From Candidatus Bathyarchaeota archaeon (lineage in GTDB: Archaea > Thermoproteota > Bathyarchaeia > Bathyarchaeales > Bathyarchaeaceae), in the NCBI GenBank assembly GCA_029882515.1, contig JAOUKN010000001.1, positions 5,298-69,297 of the forward strand: DNA of 64,000 bases, given 5' to 3'. Below the pieces are notes generated by a model, which searched no databases, was not told where the DNA came from, and worked only from the letters and a program-made list of their open reading frames with translations. Positions 37,228 through 46,550 of the stretch are shown here, piece after piece. The stretch's first letter is position 1, and the number at the start of each line of letters is the position of its first letter. Made by a program: the position numbers and the translations under genes.

Positions 37228-37770
37228 ATGGCAATAAAAGGTCAAACATTACTGCTTCTAATGGCTTTCCTGTTACTGTTGGCCGCCAGTGCACTATCAA
37301 TTAGCTATCAGGTTAACCAGTTATCACATCTTGAACTAGAGTATTCTGACATGGAAAAGCAAGTTTCAAACCTGATGAAAGAGTGGGACGCCCTAACCTT
37401 CGAGAGATGGTTGCTTCATGATTTGGGAACATATCCAAGAAACTCTTCTCCTCTAGAAACGACCGAGAGCATCCAAATTCTCACGTTTTACTTCAACGAT
37501 GTTTCAATAGAAAACCTGACGTCAAGATTTGACCCATTGGCCGGAACTTTCAACGTAACGGTTGCGTATCTAGATCTTGGAAATCAAACAAACGTTAGCA
37601 CATTTGAAGACATATGCAACGAAACTGGCTTTCCTGAGCCAAATCCTTCACAAAGTTACATGCTTTTCTTAAACTCAAGCAAGATAATACGTTTGAAACT
37701 AGAACAAGTTGACGACGAGGTGTTTAGCAAATGCGTGGGATATCTAAGTTTGTCAAATCCGAGAATCTGA
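37228..37770 (+). CDS. Anchored hypothetical protein, 180 aa
   Basis: TM helix, a coiled segment, and N-x-S/T sites. Confidence 0.5.
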   Translation: MAIKGQTLLLLMAFLLLLAASALSISYQVNQLSHLELEYSDMEKQVSNLMKEWDALTFERWLLHDLGTYPRNSSPLETTESIQILTFYFNDVSIENLTSRFDPLAGTFNVTVAYLDLGNQTNVSTFEDICNETGFPEPNPSQSYMLFLNSSKIIRLKLEQVDDEVFSKCVGYLSLSNPRI

Positions 37771-39134
37771 ATGTATACCTGAAGGGAGCTGTTCTTCTCC
37801 TCGTCCTAGTACTGGTTTTATCTAACATCTTCGTTTATGCCCAATCAACTTTGATTCAACAAGGGTTGGAGAAACTGCAACATGACCAGTCAGAACTGGA
37901 GAATGCCGTTAATGAGTTGAGAGAAGGAAATGAGAACTCTACTGCGATACTTGTAAATATCTATGCCGAGACTGGGCAGTTCCCCATAAGGTTTAATCAA
38001 ACACTTTTCTCAAATAATAGGACCCATATATACCACTTTTACTGGTCTCGCTGCGGCTCTTGTGAAATACGAAACGAAAGGAGCTTCAATCAAAGACTTC
38101 CCAATTGGACTATGAACGCATCTGAGAACGACTTTGAAGCTGCGCAATACAACACTGACAAAGAGGGACAAGACATAGCAGAAGAAATATTCAGTGTATT
38201 TGCGCTTCCAGAATCTGAAGTAACATCAAGTCAACGAAACCGTCTCATGTTGTTAAACAACTTTGAAGGGTTAATTTTTGAGTTTCCCACTTCCATACTT
38301 CCAGAAACAGGTGACGATGAAACCATAAACGTTGCAGTCTTGTATTTGGTTGAAGGCGGCGTCGCCCTCATACAAGACTCAAACAATCCGAACTTCCCCC
38401 CAGTCGACCCCGATGACGAGGATCTGTCTTCAATTCCCTTTCATTCAGTTTTGACCCTGATCGTGGTAAGCGGATTGTTAGACGGCATCAACCCCTGTGC
38501 ATTTGCCGTCTTACTCTTCTTCACCGCTTTCCTCTTCATAACAAGCCGTACATCCGTAGAACAAACTAAACGGAGACTCCTACTAGTCGGTTTGATCTAC
38601 ATCCTCGGAGTCTACATTGCATATCTAGTGATAGGTGTAGGTATCGTTCGGACAATCACAATAACTCCTTTTACCCATTTAGTGGGGAAAATAGGTGCCG
38701 TACTTGTAATCTTGCTTGGGGTCGTTAACATTAAGGACTACTTTTGGCCAGGGCGGGGATTTAGCCTAAGTATGTCAACTTCTCAGTGGAAGACTGTGAG
38801 GACGTGGATGCGCAGTTCAACTGTTCTTTCAGCATTCGTAATGGGGTTGATCGTGAGTCTTTTTGAGTTTCCTTGTACAGGAGGAATTTATTTTGCTATC
38901 TTAGGAATGCTGGCTGAGAGGACAACCTTTACGCAAGGATTTGGGTATTTGCTTGTTTATAATGTGGCGTTCGTTCTCCCGTTGATTGTCCTTCTGGCGT
39001 TTGTATCGCGGAGAAGAGTGATGAAATTCTCGTTGGAACAATGGCAACAGCGTCATGGCAAACGCATGAGGTTACTGTTAGGTTTAGTGATGATTAGTCT
39101 AGGAATTTTCTTGCTGTTTTTCAGTTTCACTTAG
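37731..39134 (+). CDS. CcdA/DsbD-type thiol-disulfide transporter fused to an extracytoplasmic CxxC domain
   Basis: LLDGINPCAFAVLLFF and FEFPCTGGIY are DsbD-family TM cysteines. The N-domain has WSRCGSCE. Confidence 0.75.
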   Translation: MRGISKFVKSENLNVYLKGAVLLLVLVLVLSNIFVYAQSTLIQQGLEKLQHDQSELENAVNELREGNENSTAILVNIYAETGQFPIRFNQTLFSNNRTHIYHFYWSRCGSCEIRNERSFNQRLPNWTMNASENDFEAAQYNTDKEGQDIAEEIFSVFALPESEVTSSQRNRLMLLNNFEGLIFEFPTSILPETGDDETINVAVLYLVEGGVALIQDSNNPNFPPVDPDDEDLSSIPFHSVLTLIVVSGLLDGINPCAFAVLLFFTAFLFITSRTSVEQTKRRLLLVGLIYILGVYIAYLVIGVGIVRTITITPFTHLVGKIGAVLVILLGVVNIKDYFWPGRGFSLSMSTSQWKTVRTWMRSSTVLSAFVMGLIVSLFEFPCTGGIYFAILGMLAERTTFTQGFGYLLVYNVAFVLPLIVLLAFVSRRRVMKFSLEQWQQRHGKRMRLLLGLVMISLGIFLLFFSFT

Positions 39135-39358
39135 ACCCCTTCTTCTTTTCTGTACGATTTCAAAGCGATCATTTTTCTAGCCAAACAGAAAGACGATAGG
39201 AATGGATTTCATGAGTTTCAGAATACAATAGATTTCAGCAAAAGAAATTAAATAAATCCATACAGAACTGTATGATTTGGGCACGAAAATGGGAATAGTG
39301 TTGAAGAGCAAAATGTGCGTGTGCATGTGAACAATGGAATGAAAAGGAGGTGAGAAAC

Positions 39359-39475
39359 ATGACCAAGAAAGGTGAAGTATACCTTTGTGAGATATGCGGG
39401 AACAAAGTGCAAGTGCTAGAAACAGGCGCTGGAACCCTAGTTTGTTGCGGACAGGACATGACGCTACTACAGTGA
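39359..39475 (+). CDS. Desulforedoxin (38 aa), not in the ORF track
   Basis: Hand translation MTKKGEVYLCEICGNKVQVLETGAGTLVCCGQDMTLLQ* closely follows the desulforedoxin pattern (VY.CE.CG..V.VL..G.G.LVCCG..M). GGAGGTGA lies 6 nt upstream. Confidence 0.75.
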   Translation: MTKKGEVYLCEICGNKVQVLETGAGTLVCCGQDMTLLQ

Positions 39476-39554
39476 AGCTTAAAAGACTGTTGCCCTCTCA
39501 AGCAGGTAGGTTTTGCGATCTGTAGAAACTCCGCTCAGAAATGAACTAGCGAAA

Positions 39555-40601
39555 TCATTGCTTATGAAGGGGGCTCTTCATAGTTCTGTGTGGTGAACTG
39601 GTAAGCGGTCTCGGAGAAAGCTCTCTTACCCAAGGCACAGGCGTATCAGGGATTTGATCAGAACGTTCAACTAGAAAGGTTGAAGCCTTTGATGTCTCAG
39701 CGACAAGTTTTGCCGTTTCTTCCAGAAAGTTAGCAAGTTTCATTCCAGAAGGTGTCAATTCGTACGTTCTGGGTTTCTTTCGAGTAAAGACGAGTCGTCT
39801 CTTCCTCAGCCTTTGCAGATATTTGTAGGTTCTTCTGAGATTTATGCCAACTTGCTTGGAAAGCTCTCTGGTAGAGATGCCATCATCTGGAATAGTTTCA
39901 TAGACCTTTCTCTCGGTTGGAGAGAATGCCTTTTTTGGCACCTTCTTCGTTCTGAAATAGAAAACGTAGTCGGGAGTTTTGCTCTTAGCCACCAGTCCAT
40001 TTTCTATCAGCCTCCTTAGAGATCTTGACAAACTTTTTTGAGTTATTGATTCAGCAAAGTCAGCGTAGGATTGTGGTCCATCTTTCAATTTTTTCAACAA
40101 TATTTCTTCATGGCACTGCGAATGAGATGGCAATGGATTTTCTCCATCAAATTCGTTCAATAGGTCGAGAAATTTTTGCCCATACAGTGTTAACTTATGT
40201 TTGGTGCCATCTTTTTTGACGAGACCCGTTTTCACAAGTGGTTCAACATAGGCGCTGGCGATGGTTTGTTGACTGTGATAGTGTCCTCTACTTTTCAAGT
40301 ATTGTTGCAATCCTTTTAAGCTATGAGGATGTTTAGAAAGGGCCTCAATAATTTTCCGCCGTCTATCGTTTTTCACAGCATTGAGCAGGTTATGTACATG
40401 ATCATCTGCACACAACATCCCATTCATTTCGAAGAATTCATTTTTCGCCTTCCATATCTCGCATTGTTCAGTGCATGTCATAGGAGAAGTGGGCTCACAG
40501 TATCGGCAAATACTGTCTGCCTGTTTGATAATTTCGCCCAAATCTGTACTATTGTTTACTATTTTCGATAGCCATTGTCGGGAGAGTATTTCAAGAATCA
40601 T
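39555..40601 (-). CDS. Multi-wHTH transcriptional regulator with an N-terminal Cys cluster
   Basis: Three ArsR/MarR-like wHTH segments (e.g. RRRKIIEALSKHPHSLKGLQQYL, ISTRELSKQVGINLRRTYKYLQRL). CRYCEPTSPMTCTEQC at the N-terminus. Confidence 0.7.
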   Translation of the reverse strand: MILEILSRQWLSKIVNNSTDLGEIIKQADSICRYCEPTSPMTCTEQCEIWKAKNEFFEMNGMLCADDHVHNLLNAVKNDRRRKIIEALSKHPHSLKGLQQYLKSRGHYHSQQTIASAYVEPLVKTGLVKKDGTKHKLTLYGQKFLDLLNEFDGENPLPSHSQCHEEILLKKLKDGPQSYADFAESITQKSLSRSLRRLIENGLVAKSKTPDYVFYFRTKKVPKKAFSPTERKVYETIPDDGISTRELSKQVGINLRRTYKYLQRLRKRRLVFTRKKPRTYELTPSGMKLANFLEETAKLVAETSKASTFLVERSDQIPDTPVPWVRELSPRPLTSSPHRTMKSPLHKQ

Positions 40602-40723
40602 GTTGGGCCCCCTAAATGATGCATGTCATAAAGATACTGTGCTGGGTCAGTACGTCCGATCCAGCTGAAAGAGAGAAAAGAGGAGGGAAGAGAAAGGGAA
40701 CGCTTCATGCGTCTAAGCCTCTT

Positions 40724-40761
40724 TATGACATACGTCATATTCATACATGACATACGTCATA
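40724..40761. promoter_or_regulatory. Two direct copies of the operator-like inverted repeat ATGACATACGTCAT, 22 bp apart, followed by a TATA-like CTTAAATA
   Basis: Copies at 40725-40738 and 40747-40760. TATA-like element at 40762-40769. Located in the divergent region between two regulator genes. Confidence 0.65.
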
Positions 40762-40806
40762 CTTAAATACGTTTCGATACCATTACAGTGGTTAGTGAAA
40801 TAAGAC

Positions 40807-41196
40807 ATGTTGCTTCCATGTGAAGTCGCGGTAAGATCAGTTGTCCCCGCCATCCGATCTGCTATTGCAAGAGAATTAACACAATCGTGTGGATTGAAGC
40901 AAAAAGACGTGGCAATACTTTTAGGGGTCACCCAAACGGCTGTAAGTAAGTATACCCGACAGATTAGGGGAATAGTTCTGAAAGTTGAAGACATAGAAGA
41001 AGTGCAACCGATATTAAAGGAGGTCATTGCTTCATTGACCAAGAGGCACATGTCCAAATATGAACTGGTAGAAAGGCTTTGCACCGTCTGCCGGATCATT
41101 AGAGAAAAAGGGTTGATGTGTGAGATATGCAGACGTTCTGACTCATCAATCGATGTGCAGCAATGTTTGATTTGCCGTTGCGAAGGACGTTTCTAA
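40807..41196 (+). CDS. HTH (XRE-like) regulator with a C-terminal Cys-rich zinc module (COG2522-like)
   Basis: LKQKDVAILLGVTQTAVSKY HTH. C-terminal CTVC...CEIC...CLICRC. Confidence 0.65.
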   Translation: MLLPCEVAVRSVVPAIRSAIARELTQSCGLKQKDVAILLGVTQTAVSKYTRQIRGIVLKVEDIEEVQPILKEVIASLTKRHMSKYELVERLCTVCRIIREKGLMCEICRRSDSSIDVQQCLICRCEGRF

Positions 41197-41277
41197 ACAA
41201 ACGTTAGGAAAGTGAACATGAATCTCGCCTTTTTTCGTATGTTTGGATTGAGAATATTTCTAATCACAATAAGGTGG

Positions 41278-41295
41278 ATGTATGTGCACACGCAC
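41278..41295. repeat. 18-nt perfect alternating Pu-Py run (atgtatgtgcacacgcac)
   Basis: Read directly. It lies 82 nt downstream of the stop of 40807..41196(+). Confidence 0.85.
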
Positions 41296-41490
41296 TATGT
41301 TTCAAACAAGGTTTCCAAAATCCACTAAGGCAGTAAACAAGCAATCATATCCTTTTTTCAGAATTAATCAGATGTATACATAGTTTAGACTCCCAAAAAT
41401 CTACAGTGATAATATTCCAAAAATTGTTGAGAACAATACTAAAATCCAAGTGTAGCGCATCTGTTTTATAGAATTATGGATTAGGAAAGT

Positions 41491-43923
41491 GTGCCGATAT
41501 TGAATGAGTTAACCGTAGATAAACTTAGAGCGGTATGCGATCCCAAGTTAATACGTTGTAAAACCACGGAAGAACTAGTACCCTTGGAAGAGATCATTGG
41601 TCAAGAGAGGGCAGTAAAGGCTCTCAGATTCGGCTTAGACATAAAGGAACGCGGGTTCAACATATACGTGGCAGGTCTTCCCGGGTCGGGCCGAAGAACA
41701 GCGGTAAAAAACTTCCTCGAGGAAGTCGCCAAGAGCAAACCCGTACCTTATGATTGGTGTTATGTAAACAACTTCAGTAATCCTTTCGTGCCAAGAGCAA
41801 TAAAACTGCCCCCTGGGCAAGGAGAAAAATTTCATCGGAATATGAAAAACTTCATCGGCGAGATACGAAACTTATTGCCCAAAGCCTTTGAAAGCGAGGA
41901 TTACGCTACCAGGAAAGACACAATTATTGGGGCTATCGAAGAAGAGCGAAACGGGCTTTTGGCTCAACTCAACGAGAAAGCTCGGAAAGAAGGTTTTGTC
42001 CTCAGAAGTACACCAATTGGAGTGCTTATTGTCCCGGTAGTTCAGGGGCGGCCTCTGAAGGATGAGGAATTCATGGCTCTCTCTCAACAAGTGAGGGCTG
42101 AAATTGAGAAAAAGAGAGAAAGATTAAGATCAGAACTGAGAAGCGCTATGAGGCAACTTCGCGGATTGGAGAGGAAAGTGAACGAAGAGGTCCAAAAACT
42201 GAATCGAGAGGTCACCACTTACGCCATCGGCTCTCTATTCGACAATCTCATGGAGGAATACAAAGAATTTCCTTCTGTGAAGACGTATCTTGAGGATATA
42301 CGAAACGATATTCTCGAAAACGTAGCCCTGTTCATAAAAGGACCTGAAATTCCTCAAGTTCCATTCCCCGTTCCTTGGTTAAAGGAGCTCCCCCTCAGAA
42401 AATATGAAATCAACGTGATCGTGAATAACTCTGAACTTCATGGGGCGCCGGTTATCATGGAATTCAATCCCACTCATCAAAATCTATTTGGAAGGATAGA
42501 AAAGGAAGCACAGTTCGGTGCCTTTACTACTGACTTCACCATGATTCGTGGAGGATCCCTTCACAGAGCAAACGGTGGATATCTAGTGCTCCCGGTTGAA
42601 GATATACTTCGCAATCTCTTCTCCTACGAGGCCCTAAAGAGGTGTCTAATGAACGAGTGTATCGACATAGAAGAGGCCGGAGAACGCTTAGGCTTCATCA
42701 CCACAAAAGGACTGCGACCAGAACCCATCCCCTTAAAGGTCAAAGTGATTCTCATCGGAAATCCTTTGATCTATCATCAGCTATACCTATTGGACAAGGA
42801 CTTCAAAGAACTTTTCAAAGTGAAGGCTGACTTTGACACCACTATGGATCGAACAGACGAGAATATAATAAAGTATGCCTCTTTCATCTGCACCTTCTGC
42901 GGAAAGGAGAACCTCCAACACCTTGATGCGTCAGGTGTGGCCAAAGTCGTTGAGCATAGTTCTAGACTGGCTCAAGATCAGCAAAAGCTTTCCACTAAAT
43001 TTGGCGAGATTGCTGATATCATTCGGGAAGCCAATTTCTACGCTCTACGTGAGAACTCTAAGTATGTTGCTAGTAACCATGTCATGAAGGCCATTGAAGA
43101 AAAAGTCTATCGCTCTAATCTCGTTCAAGAGAAGATTCGAGAAATGATTGAGCGAGACATCGTACTCATTGACACTGATAAAGAAGCTGTAGGACAAGTG
43201 AATGGTTTGTCGGTCATGAGCTTAGGAGACTTTGCCTTTGGGGCTCCCTCCCGCGTAACTGCTAGCGTAGGATTAGGACGGGAAGGAATTATAGATATTC
43301 AACGAGAGGCCAAACTGGCGGGCCCAATTCACACTAAAGGAGTAATGATTCTGAGTGGCTATCTAGCTGAGAAGTATGCACAAGACAGCCCCCTTACCCT
43401 TTCTGCTCGCTTAGTTTTCGAACAAAGCTACGGTATGGTCGAAGGAGACAGTGCTTCCAGTACAGAATTATATGCTATTCTTTCTGCTCTTTCAGGTCTC
43501 CCCATCAAACAGAGCATTGCAGTCACAGGCTCCGTGAATCAGAAGGGAGAAGTTCAGGCGATCGGTGGGGTGAACGAGAAAATCGAAGGGTTCTTCGAAG
43601 TCTGTAAAGCTAAGGGACTCACCGGAGAACAAGGAGTAATCATCCCAGAAAGCAATGTACAGAATCTAATACTGAAGGAGGAGGTAGTCGGGGCTGTTCA
43701 AGCAAGAAAATTCCATATATACCCCGTAAAGTCTATTGATGAGGGCATTGAGATTCTGGCAGGAATCAGAGCAGGCTCAAGGCGCCCAGATGGAAATTTC
43801 GAGGAAAAAACAGTAAACTACCAAGTGGACAAGCGCCTGAAAGAGATGGCGGAGAAACTAAGAGAATTTCCAGAATTCGTTGTGGAAAAGAGAAAGAGAC
43901 CTAGCAGCGGAGAGAGAAATTAA
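41491..43923 (+). CDS. Soluble Lon-like protease (COG1067 / LonC-like) with a degenerate AAA module
   Basis: C-terminal S16 domain with GDSASS (Ser) and GGVNEKIEG (Lys). Walker A reads GLPGSGRRT (R in place of K). Long coiled-coil insertion and no TM segment. Confidence 0.85.
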   Translation: MPILNELTVDKLRAVCDPKLIRCKTTEELVPLEEIIGQERAVKALRFGLDIKERGFNIYVAGLPGSGRRTAVKNFLEEVAKSKPVPYDWCYVNNFSNPFVPRAIKLPPGQGEKFHRNMKNFIGEIRNLLPKAFESEDYATRKDTIIGAIEEERNGLLAQLNEKARKEGFVLRSTPIGVLIVPVVQGRPLKDEEFMALSQQVRAEIEKKRERLRSELRSAMRQLRGLERKVNEEVQKLNREVTTYAIGSLFDNLMEEYKEFPSVKTYLEDIRNDILENVALFIKGPEIPQVPFPVPWLKELPLRKYEINVIVNNSELHGAPVIMEFNPTHQNLFGRIEKEAQFGAFTTDFTMIRGGSLHRANGGYLVLPVEDILRNLFSYEALKRCLMNECIDIEEAGERLGFITTKGLRPEPIPLKVKVILIGNPLIYHQLYLLDKDFKELFKVKADFDTTMDRTDENIIKYASFICTFCGKENLQHLDASGVAKVVEHSSRLAQDQQKLSTKFGEIADIIREANFYALRENSKYVASNHVMKAIEEKVYRSNLVQEKIREMIERDIVLIDTDKEAVGQVNGLSVMSLGDFAFGAPSRVTASVGLGREGIIDIQREAKLAGPIHTKGVMILSGYLAEKYAQDSPLTLSARLVFEQSYGMVEGDSASSTELYAILSALSGLPIKQSIAVTGSVNQKGEVQAIGGVNEKIEGFFEVCKAKGLTGEQGVIIPESNVQNLILKEEVVGAVQARKFHIYPVKSIDEGIEILAGIRAGSRRPDGNFEEKTVNYQVDKRLKEMAEKLREFPEFVVEKRKRPSSGERN

Positions 43924-43994
43924 TCCGTCTTCACGTACGCATGGAAGGATTAATGCTGGAAATTGCATGATTCAATCAGAAGGAAAAGAAGAAA

Positions 43995-44279
43995 ATGAGA
44001 ACCATAAAGGTCCCTGGCAAAAACAATAAACATAGAGTTCTCGTATATGCCCTAAGCACTTGTGCATGGTGCAAACGAACGAAGAAAGTCTTGATCGATA
44101 ACGATGTCGAATATGAATATGTAGATGTTGATCTATGTAGCGAAGAAGAAAGAAAAACAATAAGCAATGATATTCTAAGCCGTGGAGGCCGCCTCAGCTA
44201 TCCTACAATTCTCATAGACGACAGAATAATGATCACGGGGTTCCACGAAGATAAAATAAAGGAGGTCTTGGCGATTTGA
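43995..44279 (+). CDS. Glutaredoxin/thioredoxin-fold protein
   Basis: VYALSTCAWCKRTK (CxxC) and a ..YPTI.. cis-Pro region. Confidence 0.75.
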   Translation: MRTIKVPGKNNKHRVLVYALSTCAWCKRTKKVLIDNDVEYEYVDVDLCSEEERKTISNDILSRGGRLSYPTILIDDRIMITGFHEDKIKEVLAI

Positions 44280-44824
44280 TACCCTTGGAAAAAGTGAAAC
44301 AAAGAGCAGAAAGTGATGCAAAGAGTCATGGCTACTACCTGAACTCTGACCCGGAGTTTCTCAAGAATCTTCTTGAAGGACTTAAACAAAACGAAGAGCG
44401 ATATGGCTATCTCTCATGTCCATGTAGACTCGCGTCTGGAAAGTTTAGGTTTGACCGAGACATAATATGTCCATGTGACTACCGAGACCCAGACATTGAG
44501 GAATATGGGTGCTGCTACTGCGCGCTATATGTAAGAAAAGATGTGTTTGAAGGAGAAACTCCAATACAACCAATTCCAGAACGTAGACCTCCGGAAAAAC
44601 AAACCAGCGCCTACGCAGGTTCGACAGGAGCCCCTGTTAAAAAGCGGTCTGAAAGAATTGCCACTCATATCGAGAAACCTACCAAGAGCAAACTGGAAAT
44701 GTGGTACTGCAAGCAATGTGGTTACGTCTGCTTCCGTGAAGAACCCCCTTATGTTTGTCCCATATGCAAAGCCAAGAAAGAAATGTTTACTGAAATAGCG
44801 ATATGCACCGATGTTTATGGATAA
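44276..44824 (+). CDS. Ferredoxin:disulfide reductase (FTR catalytic-subunit domain fused to rubredoxin)
   Basis: CPCRL....CPCDY....CCYCALY FTR-type cluster motif. C-terminal CKQCGY....CPICKA rubredoxin knuckles. The start overlaps the upstream stop. Confidence 0.8.
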   Translation: MIPLEKVKQRAESDAKSHGYYLNSDPEFLKNLLEGLKQNEERYGYLSCPCRLASGKFRFDRDIICPCDYRDPDIEEYGCCYCALYVRKDVFEGETPIQPIPERRPPEKQTSAYAGSTGAPVKKRSERIATHIEKPTKSKLEMWYCKQCGYVCFREEPPYVCPICKAKKEMFTEIAICTDVYG

Positions 44825-44896
44825 AGCTTGGCCACTTAGACAATAAACGAAAGCAGGATAGAGTGCAGGGGCATACATCAGAGACGAGGAAAAAGA

Positions 44897-45838
44897 ATGG
44901 CAACCGATGTCGTTATACGAACGATAGTGCCTATTCTACTTCTAGTTGGAGCAGGGTTTTTTTCGAGAAAAATGAAATTCTTAAAATCTGGTGACGAACG
45001 GGTCCTCAGTGCTTACGTATATTATTTTGCCTTACCAGCTCTGTTTTTTGTTAATATGGTTGAAACAAATTTCGTGGAAGAAGAGACCCTGAGGTTCATG
45101 GTGGCAGGAATCATCCCTGTCCTTGTTGTTCTGACGATCTACCTCTCGCTCTACCTTATATTTAGATTCCCGAGGAACACCTTATATCTGCTTATTCTAA
45201 GTACCATTTTTGGTAGCCTCGCCTTTTTCGGCATACCTTTCATAACATTTGCCTTTCCCCCTCCCGCAGAAGGGGAGTATCTGGCCACGCTATCAGCAGC
45301 TACTATTGCTATCATAAGTGTTACAATTTCTATTACAATTCTCGAATTGTATAGACTTGAACAATCTACAGTATGGAAGGGGTTAAAACATGTTGTAAAG
45401 AGGCTTTCCAGAAACCCACTGGTTATATCAATTTTGTCTGGTATTCTGTTATCCGTTACTGGAATAGAAATTCCCTCTCCAGTATCAACTTCCCTGCATA
45501 TGTTGGGAGGCACCACATCTGCGGTGGCCATCTTTATGCTTGGGGTCTTTCTCTATGGACGGAAGTATACGAATCTAGTTGAAGCTTTTGGGTTAAGTCT
45601 CTTGAGGATAGTGTTCTTACCCATCGTAGCTCTCTTGACTACGGTGCTGTTTAACTTGTTTGATGTGGAAAGATCTGTGTTGGTACTTATGCATGGTATG
45701 CCTGTTGCCATTTCAATGATAATTCTCAGCGAACGTTATGATTTTTATAAAGAGACGATTGCCTCTCTAATCTTAATTTCTTCACTTGGAGCGGGATTGT
45801 ATCTAAATTTATGGCTCACCGTGGTAGGGTATTATTAG
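44897..45838 (+). CDS. AEC (auxin efflux carrier) family transporter
   Basis: 10-TM pattern. N-terminus IVPILLLVGAGFFSRK is typical of AEC. Confidence 0.8.
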   Translation: MATDVVIRTIVPILLLVGAGFFSRKMKFLKSGDERVLSAYVYYFALPALFFVNMVETNFVEEETLRFMVAGIIPVLVVLTIYLSLYLIFRFPRNTLYLLILSTIFGSLAFFGIPFITFAFPPPAEGEYLATLSAATIAIISVTISITILELYRLEQSTVWKGLKHVVKRLSRNPLVISILSGILLSVTGIEIPSPVSTSLHMLGGTTSAVAIFMLGVFLYGRKYTNLVEAFGLSLLRIVFLPIVALLTTVLFNLFDVERSVLVLMHGMPVAISMIILSERYDFYKETIASLILISSLGAGLYLNLWLTVVGYY

Positions 45839-45945
45839 AGATGTTTAGGAATTTCGGGTTGATGCGAGGTGAGTGATCTACAAAAGATGAAGCCAACGAG
45901 GAAAAAGAGTAAATGTGTTTAGGCATCAGAAAAAAGGAAGTTTAT

Positions 45946-46203
45946 TCATTTATTGTGCCGCATGGTGCTCAGAACTTCTTTGAGTGACATCGCTTGTTCC
46001 TTGAGCGTGGACACTTCTCTTTCTAGACCTTCAGTCTCCTTTTCCATTTCTTCCCCAAGTTCTTCTATTTCACGTATAAGCTCGGCTCTCTCCTTTTGCA
46101 ATCTTCGTGCTTTTTCTAGAAACTTGTCTAACGACTTATCAAGATCGATCTCCGTGGTCTTCTTTTTCCCATAGAATTCGTACGAGTTCTCGTCATCAGC
46201 CAT
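45946..46203 (-). CDS. Small acidic coiled-coil protein
   Basis: Track ORF. E/K-rich heptads. Confidence 0.45.
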   Translation of the reverse strand: MADDENSYEFYGKKKTTEIDLDKSLDKFLEKARRLQKERAELIREIEELGEEMEKETEGLEREVSTLKEQAMSLKEVLSTMRHNK

Positions 46204-46550
46204 TTTCTAGACTTCCCTTCATATTCACAACATTTGTCTAGTGTTGAGTTAGTGGATTGTCTTTTAAGATTTGAGAAGTAGGAATCAACATTCTAATTAT
46301 GGATGCATTCGCATGCTCAGTGTGCGCGTCTTGATTTGTCTCTCGCACTCCAAAGCTATTGGAAAAAAAGAAGGATAGGCAAAGCCAACCTGTATGGGTA
46401 CGCTTTATTTTGTTTCAAAGCTAAACTAATTTTGTTGTTATTAACACACAAGACCAAACATACACGTATGACTGTAATGTGCTCAATTAAATAGTCAGAC
46501 TTATAATTCACAGCAACCCTTTAGAGGTACTCCACTGATAGAGGGAGACT

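Noticed and set aside
39235-39501. Track ORF 39235..39501 (-), 88 aa.
   Set aside because: It has Cys/His/Phe-rich low-complexity sequence. The opposite strand encodes a textbook desulforedoxin with an SD-like element.
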